64,000 bases of DNA, from positions 1 to 64,000 of the forward strand of contig JALJEE010001766.1 in assembly GCA_023231475.1 (NCBI GenBank). The letters are read 5' to 3'. Origin of the DNA: Seison nebaliae. Its lineage: Eukaryota. Under the pieces are notes generated by a model. The model was not told where the DNA came from and did no database searches. It saw only the letters and a list, made by a program, of their open reading frames with translations. How positions within the stretch are numbered: position 1 is the first letter of the stretch; every line of letters starts with the position of its first letter. This document shows positions 51,501 to 63,591 of this stretch, in pieces. The position numbers and the translations under genes are program-made.

Positions 51501-52987
51501 TTGAATTGTTAGTAATATCGTTCCATGTTGACTAACAAGAAAGAAGGATAGTAAATATTTTCGTTATTATTTGCTTATCCGAATTTCAACGATACTAATA
51601 TCTTTCATAGAAAAACATGATCATCAATTTAATTAAATGTACTTTATGGTGAGATCGAACCGTTTAAAATGAATTATTTTTCAGTTCAATATCGCATGTA
51701 AAAAACAAGACCTTTAATTTAATGATCAATTACATTAAATTTGTTTTCGGGTACACTACACTCTACGGATTAGTTTTGATATATTTTTTATGAGTTACGT
51801 AGATGTATGGTGGAGGCACATTAACTGCTGAACTGGACGATCAAACTTTTCCCCTAGTTTCCTCTTACATACAATAGTGGTAACTTCTGGGAGTTTCTAA
51901 ATTGTCCTAACTGAAATGAGAATGCGAATTAGAGTGGAGAGTTAATGGAGACACATCAACCGGAAATGAGGAAAATTAACTTATGTTCATTTCGACTATT
52001 TTCAATGGCTTCCAATATTGTGTTGGTATAATTAGAGTATATTATTTATCTCATTACTTCGGAAAATGTGACTAATTGAAATTTAATATTAATTCAATTG
52101 TCAACATTTATCCATCGACGAACAACAAAATGTTTGAAGACGAATTCCCATTCATCATAATATGATCTTCATTCTTATTCAGTTGTTAGTATTTGTTTGT
52201 CTCCGCCTCGCCCTCCTGCCTCCTTTACAACGTCAGTCACAATGTCAGTTGAATCTTCTCATGAATATCTGGCGAGAATAATATTCGGTCTCTTTTGTTC
52301 ATCTGATTATTTCGAAAATAACAAGAATGATTGTTATTATTCGAATGATTATTTTGAAAAAAAGATAAATTGGAAGAAATTACATTTCTCTTTCGATATG
52401 ACTATTACGTCGAATTGGCATACGGTAATTTAAATTCTTGTAAATTATTCATTAATAATTTCTCTCGAATATTTCCTTTTCGCTACTACTATTACATACG
52501 ACTTTCTGTGCTTCTATGCAAATGGAGATTTCCGACTCTACCCATTCAGACTTGAATAGTTAAATTGTTCGTTTGATTACCATGTAGACTTGGTAGTTTT
52601 CGCATGGAAATTTATATGGAGTTCCCAGAGGCGTTGTCATATATTTACATGCTACGATTATACATCGACCAATATCACAACAAATGAGGATAATAATATA
52701 TGTCATAACGAAAACGATTTCTCTCCAATGACAAACAGTTTAACATAAATTCAACGTGTTCTCCATTCATAATTTCCATCTGATTAATTACCTTCAATCT
52801 TCTTCTTCTTCTTCTTCCTCTTCTCATTTAGCGACATGATTATTCGAACGATATACGTCAATTCTCTCTAATTTACACTAAATAAATAACATTTCTATGA
52901 TTCTAAACGGAAATTTTTTCTTAGCAAATCTTTATTCTTCTCCTCTTGTTCTTTTGTGAGAAAAGCAGATGTAATTCATTAGTGACA

Positions 52988-55538
52988 ATGTGGAATATTT
53001 GTTGCAATTGGTTAAAACATTTTAGGAAATCGGCAACTGTCGAACCGATTTCAACGAAAACGGTGGTCGAACTACCGAAAATTACCGCAGAAATTAACAT
53101 TGAAAAAAATGAGCTTCCTCTCGTTATCTCGAAACAAATACCGTCGGAGCCATTGAAAGAAGATGAAATGGAAAATGAGAAGAAATATGAATTTCCAACG
53201 GAAAATGGAGAAGTGAAGATAAACGATGAATTAAAAATCGAAACTACAAATGATATCATGTCGACAATTAGCGAAATATCCGACAACGATTATCGACGTA
53301 CAAATTGTTATGTCACATTTTCCGATCAAGGTTGTTCCGGTGCAGTTGATGATGATCATTCTTGTTCGAGATGCACTTTCCAACGAACATCATTGACGAC
53401 ATGTGTTAGTATCTGTTTGAAATTGTTCGATATTCATTCAATATTCATCAGTTATTCATTCGTGACAGTAAATCATCGGAACGGCTAAATACGAAAGAAT
53501 CATCTTTGTTTTTACAGCAATATGATTTCGAATGGATTTGCAGTCGTGTCGGTCTTCCATTAGATATGAATTTTAAAGTTTATTTTTTTCTTTCTCTTCC
53601 GATTCTAATTTCATCAATTTCCAGTGTTCCATTTATAAGGAACTTTCACATGGAATGAATGAGAAAGAATATGACGATTCATTATTTCTAATTTGTTTCC
53701 ACCGAATTATGGAAATTATCAATAATCAGAACACGAACAACAGTTTACTTAAAGGATATACATCTATATTGAAGAGAATTCTTCCCCAAATGAACGAAGA
53801 TGAAAGACAACATTATTTGGAAGTGATCGATGATATGACGGGGAAAGGTGATTGGAAAGAAATCGATAATTATTTATTAGAGAATCGTAAACTTTGGTTA
53901 CCCGTCTACTTGCGAGTTGTTTTAAATGATAATTTTTTTTGGATCTCTCACATCCAACGATCATTGTTGAATTGTTATGAGAATACTAATAATGGAAATA
54001 CAAGATTTCATTTAATAAAAAATGTCGAGTTTGAGAGTGAGCAATTGAAAGAGTATGGAATTATTGTTTCTATCGAAATCTTGGGAGATTTCATGTTCGT
54101 AAGTCATTCGAATGGTTGGTTGATGGTATGGAGAGGTTGGCGTCATCGTTCCACTCCGAAGAAATATAGAAAAACTAGTTATGGTAAATTGATCGAAGTG
54201 ATTGATGAGATTAATGAATTACAAAATGATTCATTACAATCCACCAATACCATATCGAGTGAAGCACAGAAATTAGATCAAAATATCAAAGGATGGGAAT
54301 GTGTAGAGCGAATCAATTTGACATCATGGTTCCCCGACGACAAGGTGGTCATATCTCACTTATCAGCCACGTCATCATTAGCAGAATATTACAACTATAA
54401 ATTCGGAACCTCAATTTTGGCATTACAAAACGATTTGATTCCTACGTCGTTACTCGCTGCCTTAACTGAAGTGAAGTACACGAATCAAAGATTATTCTTC
54501 TGGTTACCAATTTTCAATAATGAGATTGGAAAGAATCTTCAGAACTTCCATTCAGATGTGTTTTATTGTTTGAAGAAGAATGATAAGAAGAACGATTCGG
54601 GATTTATCGAACCTGTAAATATGGTGAATCAATCGTTGATGAATAAACCGATACAAATAATTTTAGATAAATCGATTGATATTATAGATATGAAATTAAA
54701 TGAAGATTATCTTATTTTACGTATAAGAAATGCGTTGAAAAAATCATTATGCTTCCAAATCTATTCAATTCCAAATATTATCGAATCGTTAATATCTCAC
54801 CAAAACAACAACAACAATAATATTGATAATAATATTATGAATTTAGCTCAATTTCCTTTATTACAAAAAATTGAAACTCAACAAAAATTCCTTTTATTCT
54901 ATTACAATTATTTCATGTTCACTTGTCATGACGCTTCTCATGAATCATATCAAACATCAGCTGATAAAGATAATCGATTGACCATCTACAACATCAAAGA
55001 AGGAACTCCAGTTCTCGTTCTGAAAAAACAAGCGATATCAACTGCAGCGACTTTATTATCTAAAACTAATAAATCGAATAATAACAATGTATCAAACAAA
55101 TCGAATTGCACATATAAAAGTGTTGAGATTCGCAGTAACGAAACGTTACCGATGGAAGCGAAAGATCTAGCATTCGGAATTCAAACTTATCTAGATAAAT
55201 CGCCATCAAACTATTTCATGGGGATTCATTCGGGAATATTTTGCCTCATCGATTTCTCATATCGAATCAAAACCTTAAGTGTTCTACACTCCACATTGAA
55301 AACGTTAAATCGTTCGAAACACAAACAATATCATTCAACTCTCTCAAACGATAATCATAACAGTGAGGACGACCCGTCGAATTTGAAGAACCTGGTGAAA
55401 CAATGCACGTTCATTCGTGGACCGATTACGGAGACAATGGATGAAAATAAGTCAAAGATGATTTTTAAAATAATCGATTCTCATCCAACATTGATAGTGA
55501 TCGATGAAAGAATTGATGTTTTTTCTAATTTCATATAG
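52988..55538 (+). CDS. uncharacterised protein of about 818 aa; introns 53405-53451 and 53578-53624
   Basis: Two ORF-track ORFs join in frame through two 47-nt GTT..AG introns; no family recognised. Confidence 0.7.
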
Positions 55539-56069
55539 TTTCTTCTCTTCCTCTTCATCAAACATTTCTTTCTATTTTATTGAAGTTTATTAATGTAAAA
55601 TAAAAGAAATATAACTATTATTAATTAATCAATAATGAATCGGATTGATGTTATATTAATTATATAAAATAAGAACAATTTTCGTAATAGAAAAATATAG
55701 AAAGTATATTTCTTTTTTAAATTATGATCAATCATTTTCTTTGTATTGTTATTCAGTGACCATTGACATTTATCCATAGTCTTTTCTGTTTTTTTATATC
55801 GAGGGAAATATGACACAAAATTTCTTATCATTGAAAACAAATATTTTCTCGTTATGCATGAAAGGCAATGATGCATAACATTAGAAGAAAGTTTGCAGAT
55901 AATAAAATGATCATCTCATTGACGAATGATCCTTGTACTAAATAGAATCACATATGTTATGTCCGATTTAAATTGTGATCGTGAAGACTCTTATTAACCG
56001 TTGACAAAAACTCGTTAAAATTCCCAAATTAAAATTTAAAATTCATTTAACAGAATTATTAATATCAAA

Positions 56070-56160
56070 TGACGTGTCATTCCATGATTGGTACATCAAA
56101 CATAGGTACGTACCGAAATATTATTGGACGAAATGAAATGATGGCACTCGACTATAAATA
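56070..56160 (+). promoter_or_regulatory. promoter-like cluster: TGACGTGTCA, two ATTGG (reverse CCAAT) boxes, TATAAATA
   Basis: Motifs at 56070-56079, 56087, 56123 and 56153-56160, with no + strand protein gene downstream. Confidence 0.5.
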
Positions 56161-56204
56161 GAGCGGAGAATTTCGAATAGAATTAATGAATTATTTAAAT
56201 GGAA

Positions 56205-56500
56205 GTATTATTGGCCATACTAGTAGGCCATACATGGAAAAATGATGGCCGTAAGACTTTACTCCGTGGGGGAGTAAAGTATGATGAACCAATTTGAGCA
56301 GAAGAACGTTCGCTCAAATTGGTCATCCGTTCTCGTTCATCCAATAGTGGCCGATGTGAATTAGAAAAGTCTAAAAATTCATGATACAAGAACGAACTCC
56401 TTGGGATAATTTCAAGAAATACCTAATACCTAATACTCGATGACTATGTGAGTCGAATACTCGAATATCAATTATAGTCATTACAAATGACGAAACATTT
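56205..56500 (+). ncRNA. candidate structured non-coding RNA of unknown class
   Basis: Three hairpins closed by an outer stem, plus further hairpins; G-U pairs favour the + strand. Confidence 0.55.
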
Positions 56501-56593
56501 TCATTCATATATTTTATTTAATAAAATTTAATAAAAAACAAATTCCTTTTTTTTGGTGAGATTGTGACTTTAAAATAGTTACTTATTGATTAA

Positions 56594-57106
56594 TTAATAT
56601 CGATATTTTGTTGAATAGTCTTTAGGAGAAATTACTAGACCGCGACCTTTTCTCGCTCCTCGAAAAACCGTTTCAGTAATATCGATCAATTCTTGTGTAT
56701 TAGTTAATGCCCAATTGATTTTATTGTTATTTCCAGTGCCCAAATCGATCATGATATGTTTATTCCGATAGAAGAACATGACAGTACATGGATCATACAA
56801 TTCATACATTTTATTGAAATCAGGAACTTCACTGATATCCACTAAATAGATGACTCCGAAATTTTTAATTCGATCGTTCACTTTGTATAAAGTCTACAGA
56901 AGTAAGAGATAGATATATAAGATAAAATAAAGAATAATAATGAACCGTCTAACAAAAAATTCTTTTCATTCACTAACTTCATCCATTTGCATACAGGTCG
57001 GATCCCAATCATGTCCAAATCGAATGATGACAACTCGATCCTCTTCCGAAAGAATTGCTTGATCCACCTCCCAACCACTGTGCAAATGATGTAACATGTA
57101 CGACAT
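56594..57106 (-). CDS. txnl4a: U5 snRNP protein Dim1; intron 56894-56977
   Basis: MSYMLHHLHSGWEVDQAILSEEDRVVIIRFGHDWDPTC...GRGLVISPKDYSTKYRY. Confidence 0.97.
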
Positions 57107-57297
57107 GATTAATCTAATTATAACGGAAGAAAGTTCTAAGAGAAAAATTGAGAACAAAAGAAAAAATTATTTCGAAAAAGTTAAAAGGAAATAAAAGAGT
57201 GGGGATGGATAGCAAATTGAAGTATGTTGAAAAACTAAAATAAATATGTGAAAATTATTATCAAAAAAAAAGAAATTCTTCATTTCCAATCCGACTG

Positions 57298-57754
57298 TTA
57301 AGGGAGAAGCATTCGAATCATATTCACTTCTCGTTTCCGACGAGTGGGAGGAGCAGTGGTCGTGGTCGTTTTCGTTTTATGACCACTACCTCCCGTTTTT
57401 GATGCGATGACAATAGCAATGATTGCAATAATTATAAGGACGACCGCTACAATCACTATCCACATTTTCACATTTTTCCACCACATCTTCCGACGAACAC
57501 GTGACGCATTCGATCGGAATTTAACAGCTCCATTCTGCATGTCATCTGCACGGTTCTGTAGATCGTCCAATTGATCTCCACGTTCGATCACTTTGTTGAT
57601 ATTATTCGCCATAATTCCTTTCACCTAATCCCAATCACATTAATCTCTATATAAACGATAATCGAACCTGATCAACTTGATTCTTCATTTGTTCTAATTG
57701 GTCGTTGCCTCCTGATTGTCCAGTTGGAGCAGTTCCATAACCATTCGGTTCCAT
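57298..57754 (-). CDS. vamp: synaptobrevin/VAMP R-SNARE with a luminal tail; intron 57625-57667
   Basis: QVDQ|VKGIMANNINKVIERGDQLDDLQ...RRKMWWKNVKM followed by a TM helix. Confidence 0.92.
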
Positions 57755-58192
57755 ATTTCAAACAACTTATAAAAAAATTATATTCTCAACAATAAAATCT
57801 TCTTCTCTTTCTAAACACACTGATTATATTAAGACAGACCTTTATTGACATACAACAACGTCTATCTCCTGAATGTAACAGAACATTCTCTTGAATTACA
57901 AAAGAATTTTAAAAAATTTTTTTTTAAATTTCCAAATCACTTCCTCATTTTTAAGCTTCATTAAATATTTATTTTATTTTTAATCGATTACATCGTCATC
58001 GTCATTCAAATGATTCATAATTTATTTTGACGTGAGAATAAAATTTGTTTTTTGGAATATAAGTTGGTAAATTGGAAATGAGAAGAAAAAAAGCAAAAAT
58101 TAAATAAAGTGTCATCCCAATCACCAATTAAGAAATGTGTAAATTATAAAATTCTTCTTCCAATTTAAATTAACAAGTCTCATTCAGTCCAA

Positions 58193-59721
58193 TTAAATGC
58201 CTTTCTTTCTCATTAAATTCTTTCCAACTTCCTCATATTCTTTCTTCGTCACCCACATCTTTGTAAACGAGCCTAACGAAGCCAAAATTGAACCACTAAA
58301 AGAAATTCATAAAAAAAAATTAAAATATTGTAAAATATGTTTAAAATCGAAAACATTTTTAAAAATATTTGAAAATTGAAAAAATGGATTAAAATTTTTC
58401 AAAAAAACTATAAAAATCATAAGAGAAAAAATTAAAAATTTCAATATACAAACCCAATCCAAGCAGATGAAGCACGATCTCTGGAAGCATGTATTTTGAG
58501 TTTTATATCTTTCGGAGCAATTTGTTTCAATTCCTCCATTAATCGATCAGGGAAATTTTTCATGATAGTTGTGCCGCCAGCTAGTATGATGGATTGATAG
58601 AGATTCTTCCTCAAATCAAGATCGCACATGGCGACTGAATATCTGAGAATTTCATGTACACCGGGTGATTCATCGCCGATTAACGTTGGATTGAATAAAA
58701 CTTCTGGTGCGTTATAAAAAGATGTATTTATCTAAAATTTTTTACAATGATTTTAATCTGGAATAATTGAAAATTAACATCGATAATATTTCCGTCAGGT
58801 AACTTGTATTTTAATGATTCTTTACTTTCCATATTTTTAAATGATGATGTTTGTACTAAACACACATTCTAATAAATAAAAACAACAATAATAACAATAA
58901 TGATGATAATGAGAGGAACTTCTTTAATTTGTCGAACTAAATCGAATTCTGCTGTGGAATTAAATTTATATCCTTCTTTTCTTAAAAGATATCGAAAATA
59001 TTTGGTGACTTCACGTCCAGCTATATCATTCCGACATATACAATGATTTAAAGAGAATCCTTCAACTATCGGCACAGCATGTGTTACACCTTCTCCTGAA
59101 TCAAGTACGACGCCACTCGTCTTTCCTGACGCATATCTGATGAGAAGAATTTTTAAAATGGAAATTTGACAAATGAGAACGAACAATACGAGAACTGCTT
59201 GCATGGCAGACATCATTGCCGGAACAGTGAAAGTTTCGAAGAAGATTTCTGTTATTTTTTCAGCATTTCGTTGAGGATTCCAAGGTGTTTCTGTTATCAA
59301 TACCGGATGTTCAATCGGATTAACATTTAGATTCTCTTTAGAGAACATGTAACGCCAAATCTTCTCCATATCGTCCCAATTCGTTACGACTCCACAATCC
59401 ATTGGATTGTTCATTCTTAATAATCCTCGGAATGTTTCAGCTTTAGATCCGATAAAATTCTCTTTATCCACCGACGTCGTCATTGCACGTTGATATTTTG
59501 GATAACCGATACTATAAAGAAAATTTCCATTGATCGAATTAGATTAAGAGAATGGAAACTAATTTAATTCTTGATATTTCGGTTTATCATCACCGGCAAA
59601 ACCGGCTTTCAATGTTCCAGTTCCCTTTAAATTATCATAAGTTTTTCTAAAACGGAAATAAAATCATTTTAACATTATCGATAACGATCGGTTGATTCAA
59701 TATCAATTTATCACCATCCAT
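58193..59721 (-). CDS. actr1: actin-related protein 1 (centractin), divergent; 6 introns
   Basis: [68 protein letters not shown] (Arp1-type), WIG|GSILASL. Confidence 0.88.
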
Positions 59722-60082
59722 CACTGAAATGAATTCTGGAAAACAAATAAAGAAATTGATAGAAATTATTATTTCTGATAATGATGATAAAAAATTGATT
59801 TATTCTTCTTGAAAATAATCATACTCTCAGCTTAAGTTAAAGTTAATAGTTTTATGAAATTCAAGATTCGAATTGTTCATTTTAAAAAAATACTTCAATT
59901 AAACTCCCTTCGTCTACACTTATCGTTCCTACAACTTTACTTTAACAGCAGTTACACATTTAATGTTCTTTCCCTATTTCAAATATATATAATCAATGAT
60001 AATGTATGTGTCTTTTGAAATTAAAGGGACGAGAAGAATAAAAGAAGAAAATTTTATTTTCAATTAAATTTTTTTATTCAAC

Positions 60083-60746
60083 TTACAAATTTATACCTGT
60101 TAAAGTTTCATTTAAAGTGCCATTTTCGTGGAGTTGTTTGAGAATGTCCAATCCTCCAATTAATTGAGTATTCACGTAGATTTGGGGATAGGTCGGCCAA
60201 TCGGAATAAGTTTTCAATCCTTGACGCACTTCCTCATTCTCCAGTATATTGAAATGAGACCATTGGATAGGGTACTGAGAGAGAAGTTGGACCATTTCTC
60301 TACTGAATTTACACAAAGGTTGTTCGGGTGTTCCTTTCATGAAAATTTTTACTTTATCCGAACTGATTAATTTGAAGAGATAATTCTCATGTAAATTTTT
60401 TAATTTACTCACGAGAGGACCCATTTTGTCTCCTTCGAATCTCCCAACCTCTTTTCCATTCTAATAATGAATTGATTTTTATATTTATAAAAGAATTGAA
60501 AAAAACTTGAAAAACGACATATGTTGGGAGAAGTTTCAAATGGATTTTCTTAAAAATTTCGCGGAACTTCTCATTAACCTTCAATTCCAATAAATAAACT
60601 GTGATGTTCGGATACAGATGGCTCAAACCGTTCAATTGGTCCATGTTTTCAGCACGATGGCAAATTTTCATGATATTGATTCCAGTTTTTTCCGTCAACT
60701 CCGTCCAATCGTTTATATCCTCATATTTCTCAACTTTTATCAACAT
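60083..60746 (-). CDS. glrx3: glutaredoxin-3/PICOT-like (degenerate Trx domain + one monothiol Grx domain); intron 60461-60506
   Basis: FMKGTPEQPLCKFSR, VRQGLKTYSDWPTYPQIYV, LIGGLDI. Confidence 0.85.
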
Positions 60747-60851
60747 TCTCGGAAAATGAATTAAAATAATTTGTCAATAAAACTTATTTTTTGTAATGTA
60801 AAATTTTATTTGAAAAACAAATTTTTTTTCAGCAAAAAATTAAACAAATTT

Positions 60852-63238
60852 TTAAGAGTCATTTTCAGTTTTCCGAGTCTTATTAATTCCAAGTTTTAGC
60901 TTCTCCACAAAAAATTTAATTTTAGCATCGACCACTTTTCTCTTCTTTTTCATTTCTATAAATTTCACTATTAACAATTCGATGAATTCGAAGAATGTTA
61001 CGAGACTCATTCCAATACATAATCCCATTGAACCACCGATATTACTGAGCACTGTAACGAATGTTAATGCATTTCGTTGAGTGTTCCTCTCATAGAAAGC
61101 GTCGCCAAATTTGAATTGCAATTGAATAATTTTTTCACTAGAACAAATAGGAAAATGAAATTCGTTCAAGAAATTATCAATTCATTAACTGATAATTGTT
61201 GTTGTTCAAACATAAGTCATTGTGAACTTTCTCATAGGTGAGCGATCCATTTTGGATGAGATTGAAATATCCCATTTCACAAGTCTCTCCTATCTTCTCA
61301 ATTGCATTATACATATCGAACTGGACTTCCGTTGGTTGTATAGACGATTGAAAATCATATATATTTATTTCACATGCTTCCTTACACTCCTTACATTCAT
61401 TCTCCTTAAACTTATCTAACAAATCATTCAGACATTTATATTTCAATGAAAAAAATGAAACGTTTAGTGACCAATTGACAGGAAACTTCCGTAATTGATT
61501 GACAAACATCTTTGCTAGTACTTCCTATAAAATACAATTAAATTTTAAATTAAGTAATAGTTAAATTTTAAAAGACTTGCGTCGAATGTAGCGAAACATT
61601 TGCAGTTCTTTCGGATTCTCTCACATAAACAAGCATGGATACAAGCTGATTTTGTATATTTAGTTTTATTCTGAAACTTTGAAATTTCATCCAATTTTTC
61701 TTCGTTTGCACACACTCCCCAATCTTTCTCTCTCAGATTCTCTCTCTGTTATTAATATTGACGTTTAAATATTGAAGTGGAATGAATGAATTAACTCTCG
61801 TATATGTCATATGAATATCGATTTTGACACCAGACACATACTCCGCTGTACCTTCCATTTGTGGTGCTTCGTTATCATCATGAATATCAAGCACGATTCC
61901 GTCGATCAATTCTCCCTTATCAATTCTCATCGATGGTAAATTGTTGTATTGGAAAGTGTTCCAATAAATCTTTGAGAATGTTCATCAAAATTATTTAAAA
62001 TGAAATTTCCCAACATAAAAATCTTGAATATCTTTATGATATTTTCTTGCATTTCTCAACGTGACACAAATCCCTCTGTCAGTAATTTCTTGTGTGAACA
62101 TCTGATGGAAATGTGATCGTGAGTTTAGAAAAGAAAAATCGAACGTTCCCATTACACAAATAATCATCGACTCGACAATACATTATGAAATCTTCTTCTT
62201 TGGAAATACTTCGACTAACATCGATCAAATTGGTTGGTTCTGTTGAGATATAATTTAATGATTCACAAATTTCTTATTAGACGACAAAGAAGACCTTTCA
62301 CCATTATTTGAGATAAATCATCCAATTCATAGAATGAATTGATATAGGAGAAGACTAACTGATTCTCATCGGAAGAATCATAAGCATTCGAGGAAAAGAT
62401 GTTGATCTGATTTAAAGATGATGATAAATGTTCGTACTTCTCTTCCAAAGGAACCAATCGACATAAATGAGTCCAGAGAACATTCTCGTCGATCTGTTCC
62501 ATTTTTTTCAATATCGAATGTCGTTGAAATAATAAATGATTCTTCTTCTCCTCTAAAACATTAAACACTTTTTCTTGTAATTCTAAAATTTGTTCCGTTT
62601 TCTTTTCCTCTTGACACATTAGTTCAAATTCGTCTAATTTCCAATATATTTGTCCTTTTTCCATAATCAATAATTCGAATAAATAAAGTTCGTAGAAATT
62701 GAGTTGAAATTTCTTCATGAACGATTTGATTATATCTTTCATTTTTCTATTAAATATTCGCCCATGATCATCATCTTTCATATATTTCTTTAGTTTTTCA
62801 TTTGTCAATTCGTCATAATCGTTTTCTGGACAGAACGAAGATATACCCATTTCTCCTTCCGTCATCATTAACGGATTCTCACAATTTTTCGACGCTTCAT
62901 ATAACCGAGACCAGAATTGAAGGTAATTGAAATGTTTCTCTTCTAAATCCAAACGATTATTTCTACTCAATTTTATTCAAACAAATTAATTATGCAGAAA
63001 ATGTTAACATTAAATTATTACAAATTGTGAAGGCGGGAAATGGTGGAATATCATAAATCAATGTCATATCTGATTGTTTTGGATGACTGACATACAAATC
63101 CAAATTGGTCCAAACGTTATACACTAGGAAACATGTACTTCCACAAATGATCAGTAACCATAACGCTTTCTTGATCTTCGATGATTTGATCATCCAGGGA
63201 ATTCCATGAATCGTTGTTCGATCGATAAATTCACTCAT
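60852..63238 (-). CDS. DEG/ENaC (ASIC-like) channel subunit; 8 introns
   Basis: TTIHG motif, FPAFTICN, Cys-rich thumb (YTKSACIHAC...C.C, CKECKEAC), TM2 SNIGGSMGLCIGMSLVTFFEFIE. Confidence 0.92.
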
Positions 63239-63591
63239 TATGTTTATGTTAAACTTTTTTTTTTAAAATTAAATAAATATCTGTATTATAAATTTCTATT
63301 AAACTTTCTGATGATTTTGATTAAGTTAAAGAATTTTTCACTTTTTCAGCAATTGTTTATCGTCGAAACGATTTGGAATGAAGAAGAAAATCAAAAAGTT
63401 TTATAATATCATAAAAATAAACAAAATTTTCATATAAAAATTGACAAAACGAATTTCTTCCACTGAACATCGATTAAGAAAATAAGGAGAAATTAAAATA
63501 TGAAAAGGAAATTGATGAAAATGCAAAAAAATTTTTGTGAGAAAATATTTCTATTTGTTTGTCTGACATTTGATTCATTAAGTTTTTCGAT

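Noticed and set aside
56205..56400. Identification of the structured RNA as U1, U3, SRP RNA, RNase P/MRP or a hammerhead ribozyme
   Set aside because: Lacks the U1 5' end and the 70K/U1A loops, the U3 boxes in order, the SRP54-binding loop, a P4 partner and the CUGAUGA core
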